In this document: in pieces, positions 48,347 through 56,038 of the stretch | Layout: each line of letters begins with the position of its first letter | Position numbering within the stretch: the stretch's first letter is position 1 | DNA from: Thermoproteota archaeon | GTDB taxonomy: Archaea; Asgardarchaeota; Njordarchaeia; Njordarchaeales; Panguiarchaeaceae | Assembly: GCA_024720975.1 (NCBI GenBank) | Contig: JANJXX010000001.1 | Span: forward strand, 144,970-208,969 | Direction: 5' to 3' | DNA: 64,000 nucleotides | The notes under the pieces: model-generated | Seen by the model: the letters and a program-made list of their open reading frames with translations, nothing else | What the model was told of the DNA's origin: nothing | The model's database searches: none | Position numbers and translations under genes: made by a program

Positions 48347-49972
48347 CTACATTGTTACAGCGGGCGAGAGGCTAGAATACTTCTTTATGAATGCATATTT
48401 TATTTTATCCTCTACGTCGGTAAGCATTTGCAAGATTTTTCTCCTGAGAGTCTCAACACTTAAATTAGCTCTTTCCATAGCACTCTTTCTGATAAGAACT
48501 CTGAATACTGCTAGATCAGATATTCGCGCCCCGGAAATTGCCCAGGCATTGGCTTCGCGGATACCTACAATCCTCTGTTTATCAACTTCCACTATTGGAA
48601 AAACGTTATGAGGCAAGTAAGGATTCAAAGGAAAGAATTTTATTGGTGGAGAGTCTATTATGAGATCTTCCGAGGTTATTCCAAGACTATTTGCCATCTC
48701 TTCTCTAAACTTATTAACTATGCTGTCAAAATCTTCAACACAAGCTATGCTTTTAGCCTCCGTTGGGTCAAGCGTTATTTCTAGGGAGAAGACTTCCCTT
48801 AGGTCAGGTCGACGGTAAAGAACGCGACTAGCAAGCTCAACTAGCTTTGGTTCTCTGCTTTCGAGAGCTTTGAACAGCAAGTAATTGTCATCTAATTTGG
48901 CTAGATGTTTCCGCGCTTCTTCTTCACCTCGAACCAAGCTAGTGATTATTTCCTCAAAGTCTATTATTCCGTATTCATACATACCTCGAATGAGATCCTT
49001 AACAGCGTAGTCCATAAGTCTTGAAAATTTGTGAAAGTATACATTATTGAACAACCACACTCGAGAGTACAGGAAAGCCCTTAAGGCTCCTATAGCTTTC
49101 TTCTGAAGTCCTAGTACAATCCTCGATGAACCTGGGACTATTCTTTCAAGAATTAGTGAAAATAGAAATAATCTATCAGCATCAATTTTACCATACTCCA
49201 TAGCTCCGGTGAAGTATGAGTCCCTCAGACAAAAGTCGACAATATCGGCTGGGTATAAAAATTCTCTCACAACGCTTCTCAGGGCAACATGTATTCTCTT
49301 TTTAGGTGCAGCGAATTTTTCACGTGGAAGCATTATCGCGTCAACTGTCTCGAGAAGTATATCTATATCCATGTACTTTTCATAGTTTTCCTTCTTTGCG
49401 AAGCTTCTTATGTCCTCACGAAGGTAATTCTTGTATACGTAGTATCCAATGTCTTCATGTGAGTATATGCCGACACTTTTAACTTTCTTGCTATTGGCTA
49501 TAATAGCCTCATCAAACGCGTGAGAAAAAGGCATGTGACCAATGTCGTGTAGAAGTCCACCAATCCTGGTTGCAATCAAAACAGATAGTAGCGCAGAGGT
49601 TCCGTCTATTCCTAGATCCTCGAAGAATGGGACTCTGAATATGACCTCCTCAGGAGCTCCTAGGACTTCTTGATTCTGAAGTGAATACGTTGATCGCAAT
49701 AGAGCAAGGATAAATCTACCTGCTAGATGCATTACACCTATCGAGTGTAGAAATCTTGTGTGAGTCGCACCGGGGTATACAGTGTATGCTACTTGCAATT
49801 GATGAATTCTGCGTAGTCTCTGGAAAATGTCGCTATCGACTATGAACTCTTCTAATCTCGTGAATGGTATGTAAGCATGAACTGGATCACGAATATATTT
49901 ATGGATGAGCCTTGGCGGTAATCCGTGATCCTGAAGCTCAAGAATTTTTAAATCTTCTGCCATCGTCACCAC
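48347..49972 (-). CDS. HD-domain phosphohydrolase (COG1078, SAMHD1/dGTPase-like)
   Basis: 541 aa. TRFLHSIGV...LLHDIGHMPFSH is the H...HD...D signature of the dNTP triphosphohydrolase-like HD family. Confidence 0.85.
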   Translation of the reverse strand: MVTMAEDLKILELQDHGLPPRLIHKYIRDPVHAYIPFTRLEEFIVDSDIFQRLRRIHQLQVAYTVYPGATHTRFLHSIGVMHLAGRFILALLRSTYSLQNQEVLGAPEEVIFRVPFFEDLGIDGTSALLSVLIATRIGGLLHDIGHMPFSHAFDEAIIANSKKVKSVGIYSHEDIGYYVYKNYLREDIRSFAKKENYEKYMDIDILLETVDAIMLPREKFAAPKKRIHVALRSVVREFLYPADIVDFCLRDSYFTGAMEYGKIDADRLFLFSLILERIVPGSSRIVLGLQKKAIGALRAFLYSRVWLFNNVYFHKFSRLMDYAVKDLIRGMYEYGIIDFEEIITSLVRGEEEARKHLAKLDDNYLLFKALESREPKLVELASRVLYRRPDLREVFSLEITLDPTEAKSIACVEDFDSIVNKFREEMANSLGITSEDLIIDSPPIKFFPLNPYLPHNVFPIVEVDKQRIVGIREANAWAISGARISDLAVFRVLIRKSAMERANLSVETLRRKILQMLTDVEDKIKYAFIKKYSSLSPAVTM

Positions 49973-50001
49973 TTTTGTGAGCTGCTAAGTTGTGGTTACT
50001 C

Positions 50002-50865
50002 CTATTCCTCAATAATCTCAGGTTGAACTTTCTCGCTAATTATCGTTTCTAAGTATTCTCTTGACATCAGCGCACCTTCTTTGTCCGAAACTTCAAATAT
50101 CAAGGGCTTTCTTATATCCAGATCAAACAGAATACTGATGAACTCATTCCAGTTTATTATACCTTCTCCGCAAGCCAACATGTCTTTGCCTATCTGTGGA
50201 TTAACATCGCGAATGTGAAAGGAGACTATTTTCTCTTTGAACCTACTTATAACATCTCTCATAGGAAGTCTCGGAAAACCGGCTAATTGTGCAGTATCTA
50301 TGACAACAGCAAGGAACTCATCGTTGTTAAAGTGATTTAAAATCTTTTCCAGAAGCGTTGGATGTCCTAGGTCAAAGAACCCACTCCTTAGTTCCATACC
50401 TATAATTATCCCAACATCCCTTGCTAGGGTGAGTATCTGCTTAAGCGAGTCGCACAAGTTTTCAAAAGCTTTTTTCCAGAGAACCTTCGTGGGATAAAAT
50501 TTGAAGCCAAGGTGGATCGTTAACCATTCAGCTGATAAAAGCTGGGCAAAATGCAGACCATTTATTATCTCATCGATAGCAAATTTCCTAATACTGTTAC
50601 TAAGGCTTGCTAAGTCAATGGAGTAGTAAGGTGCATGAACGGACAATGTTATCTTACTCTTCTGAGCAAGATCTTGAACTGCACTTATATGATCATCACT
50701 TATGTAGGCGACATGCTGAAGTCCATCTGCAATTATCTCAACATGCTCGAATTTATGTTTTGCCGCAAATTCTAAGACGTCCACTATGTTTTCATATCTT
50801 GGATTTAATATCGACGTTGAAACACCATATTTAAAAACGAATGACAAAGACATACTCCACACCAA
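50002..50865 (-). CDS. xylose isomerase-like TIM barrel protein (AP endonuclease 2 / sugar phosphate isomerase-epimerase superfamily)
   Basis: 287 aa. Superfamily ligand pattern VHAPY, TIHLG, GMELR, VIDTAQ, FHIRD, GEGIINW and LIFEV. It ends 29 nt upstream of the HD gene start. Confidence 0.75.
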   Translation of the reverse strand: MVWSMSLSFVFKYGVSTSILNPRYENIVDVLEFAAKHKFEHVEIIADGLQHVAYISDDHISAVQDLAQKSKITLSVHAPYYSIDLASLSNSIRKFAIDEIINGLHFAQLLSAEWLTIHLGFKFYPTKVLWKKAFENLCDSLKQILTLARDVGIIIGMELRSGFFDLGHPTLLEKILNHFNNDEFLAVVIDTAQLAGFPRLPMRDVISRFKEKIVSFHIRDVNPQIGKDMLACGEGIINWNEFISILFDLDIRKPLIFEVSDKEGALMSREYLETIISEKVQPEIIEE

Positions 50866-51082
50866 TAGATATGCGGACCATTAATTAAAGTTAAACTGAG
50901 GATTAACTTTGTTTTCTGCAGCAATCTAACTGGCATTTAGAAGCCACTATACTGACCAACTATTGACCATTTTTTAATTAAATTAACTTGCAAACTCTGG
51001 ACTCCAAGGGTAGAGCTTATCAAGGCATGTTTATTGAGTATATGTATGACTTAATCCAGAAGCATCATTTAAGTGAAAGAAT

Positions 51083-52339
51083 ATGCTGAGCGATGACTAC
51101 GCAATTTGGAGGAAATTCATCCACGGAGCTAACCTAAGGCTTGATGAGTATAAAAATCTTTGCAATGCTATCATTAACAAAAAATACTCAAGCATAATGC
51201 TTGCAATGATCATTGCCAGAATTTATTACAGACCGCTTAATGCTAATGAAATTTATAAGGTTGTACAAGCGTTTGTTGAAACAGGATCGACACTAGAGTT
51301 CCGAGGAAAGTACATTGTTGACAAACACTCGATCGGCGGAGTGCCGGGGAATAAAGTTTCGTTAATTGTTGTACCAATAGTAGCCGCCGCCGGCTTAAAG
51401 ATACCAAAAACATCAACGAAATCCATCACGACTATAGGAACCGCCGAGAGAATGTCCATATTCGCGCCTGTAGACTTAACTGCTGACGAAATAATTGAGG
51501 TTGTAGAAAAGACTAATGGATGCATAGCGTCATGTGATAAGCTAAACTTAGCCCCTGTCGATGATATATTATTGAATATCCAAAGCGAGATACAATTGAA
51601 CCCTGCCTCTCTCATGATTGCTTCAATTCTAGCAAAAAAGAAAGCGATGGGAATACGATATCTAGTTCTGGATATTCCCCAGGGACGCGGAACCAAAGTT
51701 AAAACAATGAAGGAAGCTATAGCACTGGCAAACAAATTCCTGATTGTAGCTAATCGCTTGGGACTAATGCTTAGGTGCGCCATAACATACGGCGATCAAC
51801 CTGTTGGACATACAGTGGGTGTGGCGCTGGAGGCTCGAGAAGCTTTAGAAACACTAGAAGGTGGCAGGCCCTCAACATCACTTATTGAGAAATCTACTGG
51901 ATTGGCGGGAATACTTTTGGAAATGTCGGGGATAACTGAAAATGGACAAAATTTAGCAAGAAGTTTACTGGAGTCCGGAAAGGCACTGAAGAAGTTTAGA
52001 GAAATAATCGAATCACAAGGAGGAAATCCTAATGTAAAAGCAGATGACATTCCTGTTGGACCATATACGGCTGAGGTATATGCGCAAGTTGATGGCTACA
52101 TAACTCAAATAGATAATCAGTGCATTGTAGAAATTGCAAGGAGAGCTGGTGCTCCTCATGATATAGGCGCTGGAGTTGTTATACCATACAAGGGAGGCCG
52201 ATATGTGAGACGCGGCGACACTATTCTCAGAATATACTCTAGTAATGAGGCGAGACTCGACGATGCTTTACATTTTGCTGAAGAAAATGCCCCGATTATA
52301 ATAGAGGGCGCACTCCGAAAAGTAGTTTCGCTCCACTAA
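51083..52339 (+). CDS. thymidine phosphorylase / AMP phosphorylase family protein (short form)
   Basis: 418 aa. The phosphate-binding block DKHSIGGVPGNK resembles the archaeal AMP phosphorylase subgroup. PKTSTKSITTIGTAERM is at the position of the TSSRAITS.AGTAD block. The C-terminal PYNP_C-like domain contains GDTILRIYS. Confidence 0.75.
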   Translation: MLSDDYAIWRKFIHGANLRLDEYKNLCNAIINKKYSSIMLAMIIARIYYRPLNANEIYKVVQAFVETGSTLEFRGKYIVDKHSIGGVPGNKVSLIVVPIVAAAGLKIPKTSTKSITTIGTAERMSIFAPVDLTADEIIEVVEKTNGCIASCDKLNLAPVDDILLNIQSEIQLNPASLMIASILAKKKAMGIRYLVLDIPQGRGTKVKTMKEAIALANKFLIVANRLGLMLRCAITYGDQPVGHTVGVALEAREALETLEGGRPSTSLIEKSTGLAGILLEMSGITENGQNLARSLLESGKALKKFREIIESQGGNPNVKADDIPVGPYTAEVYAQVDGYITQIDNQCIVEIARRAGAPHDIGAGVVIPYKGGRYVRRGDTILRIYSSNEARLDDALHFAEENAPIIIEGALRKVVSLH

Positions 52340-52466
52340 TCGTAGACATCTAGATTTTCGATGATAATTTACAGTGACTGACGAAAATAACAAATAGATG
52401 CGCTTTCAAAGTTAGTTTACTCAAAAATGTTAGAGAACATGTTAGTTAAATTGCATAATCATTGAG

Positions 52467-53516
52467 CTAGCTTTCAGTACCACCGAACTCTACTTTTTCC
52501 CAGTATTCACCCCAAAGGCTGAATGGATCTACGTCTGCAAGATCCTCAGCAAAATGACAGAATACAACTCTGCCGTCAATGACATGGTACTCAGGTAGTT
52601 TTTCTCGGCAGATATCCTTGGCTACTGGACAGCGTTCAACGAATGGACAATGGTTTATTGGGAATCTTAAGTCTGGCGGGAATCCGGGTATGGCGGCAAT
52701 TTTGCCCTCCCCAATTTTTGTGTGAGATGGGACTGCGGCGATCAAGCCTTTAGTATAGGGGTGCACAGGATGCTTGTATATGCTAACAACATCCCCCTTT
52801 TCAACGGCATAACCTGCGTACATAACAACTACATTGTCTGACATTTCCGCGACGCATGCTAAATCATGCGAAACGTAAATCATAGCCATTCCATACCTCC
52901 TCTGCAATTTTTTCAGTAGATCCAAAATTTGGGCCTGTATTGTCACATCGAGCGCTGTTGTAGGTTCGTCTGCAATGAGTAATGATGGATTTAATGCGAT
53001 TGACATAGCTATGACTGCTCTTTGTTTCATTCCCCCAGAAAGTTGGTGCGGATAATCGTTCATTCGCGCGGGATCGAGACCAACTTCTAGAAACAGCTCA
53101 CGTACAATTTCGTATGCTTCTTCCTTAGATATACCCTCGTGGTATATCAGAGGCTCTGCTACCTGATCACCAACTTTGAAGACTGGATTAAGTGAATTCA
53201 TTGAACCCTGGAATATCATGCTTATTCCACTCCAGAGGATCTTTCTCATGCGTACTTCAGGTACTTTTAGTAAATCTTCGCCTTTGAATATTATCTGACC
53301 CCTCTCTACATAACCATTAGAAGGGAGTAGTCTCATTATGGCTAAGACACATGTAGACTTGCCACAACCACTTTCGCCTACAAGTCCTAGGGTTTCTCCT
53401 TCATGCACTTTTAGACTGACACCGTTGACAGCGTATATTGTGTATGGCCCGAGCTTGTATCGCACATGTAAATCTCGTATATCTAGAATAACACCCTCTT
53501 CTGACAAGATGTTCAC
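52467..53516 (-). CDS. peptide/nickel (Dpp/Opp) ABC transporter ATP-binding protein, D-type
   Basis: 349 aa. Walker A GESGCGKST, signature LSGGMKQR, Walker B LLIADEPTT. C-terminal pattern Cx5Cx6C...C (CPFVERCPVAKDIC...C). Confidence 0.9.
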   Translation of the reverse strand: MNILSEEGVILDIRDLHVRYKLGPYTIYAVNGVSLKVHEGETLGLVGESGCGKSTCVLAIMRLLPSNGYVERGQIIFKGEDLLKVPEVRMRKILWSGISMIFQGSMNSLNPVFKVGDQVAEPLIYHEGISKEEAYEIVRELFLEVGLDPARMNDYPHQLSGGMKQRAVIAMSIALNPSLLIADEPTTALDVTIQAQILDLLKKLQRRYGMAMIYVSHDLACVAEMSDNVVVMYAGYAVEKGDVVSIYKHPVHPYTKGLIAAVPSHTKIGEGKIAAIPGFPPDLRFPINHCPFVERCPVAKDICREKLPEYHVIDGRVVFCHFAEDLADVDPFSLWGEYWEKVEFGGTES

Positions 53517-53655
53517 CCAGATATTAACTTCAGAGCAAATTCCTCTTAAATTAAGTTTGAGTTACAATTTGTCATCTAAATATAGAATAAAATACAGCCG
53601 AAGGTATATATATGAAGAATGGGGTGAAACGCCATCTTTAGCATTTTTGAATACT

Positions 53656-54474
53656 CTAAAGCGCACTACTTGCTTTTAAGATTTTTCTAGCTCTTTCCAA
53701 ATCGTCCTGTGAGTAACCTATTATCAACACGGTACCTACGCTTGACTTTAATTTCTCTATAATGTCGATTGCAAAATTCAGATAACTCTTATATTGTTCG
53801 CCGTTTAGCTTGTGTGGATAGTCCCAAGGATTCATAAACTCAGAGAAGTATAGAGCTTGTACGTATGATCGCACCAAATTAAGTTCTGCATTGAGGTCTA
53901 TTCTTCGCATCCTGTATATATCATAAAAGTGAGCTATGTTGAGTGCTAAGTAGACCTTTCGCTTCAGTGCTCTTGCCAATTCAATTATGCCGGATGGAAG
54001 TGTTACAACATCAAAAGGATACGGATAATTTTCGGCTAGTACTTTTATACCTTTCGAATTTGCTTCTTCTACTATTGGATTAAGACCCTCTACAAGTGTC
54101 CTAAATGCTTTATCTCTAAACACTTTCTCAGAGAAGAAAAACATTCCCACCCGCATTATAATGCTTGAACATCCTATGCTTTCTGCCACCGTAAGCCAAT
54201 TTTTGATTTCCTCAATACTCTTCTTTCTCAGATTCGGATTTGTAGCTGCTGGATTTATGGTATATCCCTGAATCCTCAGAGAACATTCTAGGCCATAATC
54301 AAACAGAGCATTGCGTACTTTTTTTATAAAATCTTCGGAGTCCTCCTTAAAGTGCGGTGGGAACACAAATATGTTTATGTGCCTGAATCCCATTTCTGCA
54401 GCAAGTTTAATTGCTTTTGTCACGCTCTTAGGATAGAGAAATATGGAAGATACACCGAGAACTGGCATCATCAT
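53656..54474 (-). CDS. divergent xylose isomerase-like TIM barrel protein (AP endonuclease 2 superfamily) with several ligand positions substituted
   Basis: 272 aa. Alternating beta-alpha pattern with VLAEN and LNIAHF at the Glu and Asp/His ligand positions, but IMRVG where His is usual. The start overlaps the XPF stop by 4 nt. Confidence 0.6.
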   Translation of the reverse strand: MMMPVLGVSSIFLYPKSVTKAIKLAAEMGFRHINIFVFPPHFKEDSEDFIKKVRNALFDYGLECSLRIQGYTINPAATNPNLRKKSIEEIKNWLTVAESIGCSSIIMRVGMFFFSEKVFRDKAFRTLVEGLNPIVEEANSKGIKVLAENYPYPFDVVTLPSGIIELARALKRKVYLALNIAHFYDIYRMRRIDLNAELNLVRSYVQALYFSEFMNPWDYPHKLNGEQYKSYLNFAIDIIEKLKSSVGTVLIIGYSQDDLERARKILKASSAL

Positions 54475-55310
54475 GCACCGGGTTCATCTTTGGATCCACA
54501 CTCAAATTCACTAAATAATACTTTGCTAATCTTTTCAAGCGTTTTTTCTCCTATTCCCTCAACATCAATATCCCATCTGTTAACTTTCATAATTGCGTTG
54601 TAGGGGGTCTTATATACGCTCAGAATTTTGCTTGCTCTGCTAACACTAATTCCTGGCAAGCCAGCAAGGAAGAAAATCTGCTGCTCCCTTAGGCTTCTTA
54701 ATCTTGGTTTAATTCGTATTACTGCCCGCTCGTGTTCCGTCTGCTCGATTTTTTTACCCTTAGACTCCAGATAAAGGTCCCAGAGAATTTGCGCTCCATG
54801 GAATATATCGTACGTCTCCTCTATTCTTACACCCATTTCCTCAATAGCATTTAAAGCCCCAAGGTATGCGTTTGGATGTATTCCTATTCTCTCCTCAATA
54901 ACTGAGTATATCCGCCCTCTTATATTCTTCTTTGTTATGGGAATGTATATGGCCTTGTCGTGATAGTCCATTCGGATGGATAAGGATCCCTCCAGTAGAA
55001 GTATTGGATTTTTATAAGTTTCAACCAAATTCTTAACTTGTTCAAAGATGCGAACTTTCCCGTTCTTATTACCAATTATGGAGTTTAGAAAATCCCTTAT
55101 TGATTTTCGCTCAATTGCGTATTGATTCGGAAGGATAAGATCTCCGACTTCTAGCTTTTCAACTCTGTAAGGTATCTTATGCTGCTGAACTTTTTCGAGA
55201 AAGAGTGTTATCGAATTCTTCTTGTCTTTGTCTACTTCGTGTACGTCTATTATTACCTCCGGCGCTCTGCCAAGTAGGTCCAATTGAATTGTCTCCTTTG
55301 GTCTTTCCAT
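54471..55310 (-). CDS. xpf: XPF/ERCC4-type structure-specific endonuclease, short archaeal form (nuclease + HhH2)
   Basis: 279 aa. ERCC4 signature GDLILPNQYAIERKSIRDFLNS (GDx(n)ERKxxxD) and a C-terminal tandem helix-hairpin-helix (LAGLPGISVSRASKIL; VEGIGEKTLEKI). Confidence 0.8.
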   Translation of the reverse strand: MERPKETIQLDLLGRAPEVIIDVHEVDKDKKNSITLFLEKVQQHKIPYRVEKLEVGDLILPNQYAIERKSIRDFLNSIIGNKNGKVRIFEQVKNLVETYKNPILLLEGSLSIRMDYHDKAIYIPITKKNIRGRIYSVIEERIGIHPNAYLGALNAIEEMGVRIEETYDIFHGAQILWDLYLESKGKKIEQTEHERAVIRIKPRLRSLREQQIFFLAGLPGISVSRASKILSVYKTPYNAIMKVNRWDIDVEGIGEKTLEKISKVLFSEFECGSKDEPGA

Positions 55311-55464
55311 AGCTTTTCCCTAGTTATGAGATATAACAAAACACAAGCTATTGAAGTAAGAAAAAAGTAACAGCAGTATTATCAGAATTATAGATTTAGT
55401 TTCTTGGGATTAAGCATTTGCCTTGTTAATTCGGTGTTTTATTCTTGGGTTATATTAAGTGGTT

Positions 55465-55658
55465 GCCCGTGTCGCTTACTTGAGTTTGTTCAGGTGTTTT
55501 CGATTATCCTGGGTATTGTCGACACGGGCTTCTCCCTCGTCACCTGCTCACCGTTCGCAGGGTCATCAGGAGCTACATCGACGGGCACCACTGAGCCCGC
55601 CTCGAGGTATACATATATCCCCCGCCTCTGATGGCTACCCAGCCGTCATTGAGGCGGG
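55465..55658. other. G+C-rich hairpin-dense non-coding island; candidate structured RNA or mobile-element end
   Basis: Hand count gives 115 G+C in 200 nt (55461-55660), against 27 in 100 nt for the adjacent spacer 55321-55420. There is a perfect 10-bp inverted repeat, GCCCGTGTCG 55465-55474 with CGACACGGGC 55520-55529. A 15-bp hairpin spans 55621-55658. No frame here looks protein-like. Confidence 0.35.
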
Positions 55659-56013
55659 AGAAGAGGTTTAGGCAAGTTACCACATCAACAACCTTGTATC
55701 CCCTAGCTGAACAGTAACTTCTTAGTCTTTCAATCTGCCGCTCTAAGTTACCATCTATTTTCTGCTTATGCGATGAAACCCTAGCGTATATAGCGGCTCT
55801 AATCTCTCTTCTTTCAACACCACTCAGAATCCTCTTGACTTCGCTTTCTGGAACCATCCACAGCTTTCCAACTCTGAGAGCACGCAGTCTTCTTCCCTGC
55901 TTTATCCACTTTTTAACAGTAGAAACACTAATGTTCGGTAACTCAGCAACCTCACTAGTTCTATAGAGCTTCTCGGACACAGCATAGTACCTCTCTTGAT
56001 TCCAAATACCCAT
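55573..56013 (-). pseudogene. truncated IS607-family / resolvase-type serine recombinase (N-terminal roughly 113 aa only)
   Basis: MerR-like HTH (LYRTSEVAELPNISVSTVKKWIKQGRLRALRVGKLWMVPESEV) is followed by the catalytic N-terminus AIYARVSSHKQ...LERQIERL...GYKVVDVV. Family similarity stops near 55674. The frame then runs through the G+C-rich hairpins to a stop. No TnpB/orfB partner is present. Confidence 0.7.
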
Positions 56014-56038
56014 AGTAGCTAAAACAGCTTAAAAACTT

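Noticed and set aside
52368-52400. Possible C/D-box sRNA (GATGATAA ... CTGA) in the spacer after the phosphorylase gene
   Set aside because: Only an imperfect C box and one CTGA about 11 nt away are present. I could not find C' or D boxes or a terminal stem at sensible spacing on either strand.
55404-55671. Two plus-strand ORFs (75 and 70 aa) across the G+C-rich island
   Set aside because: The translations (for example ...RASPSSPAHRSQGHQELHRRAPLSPPRG...) look like frame-independent read-through of G+C-rich structured sequence. The region is better explained as non-coding.
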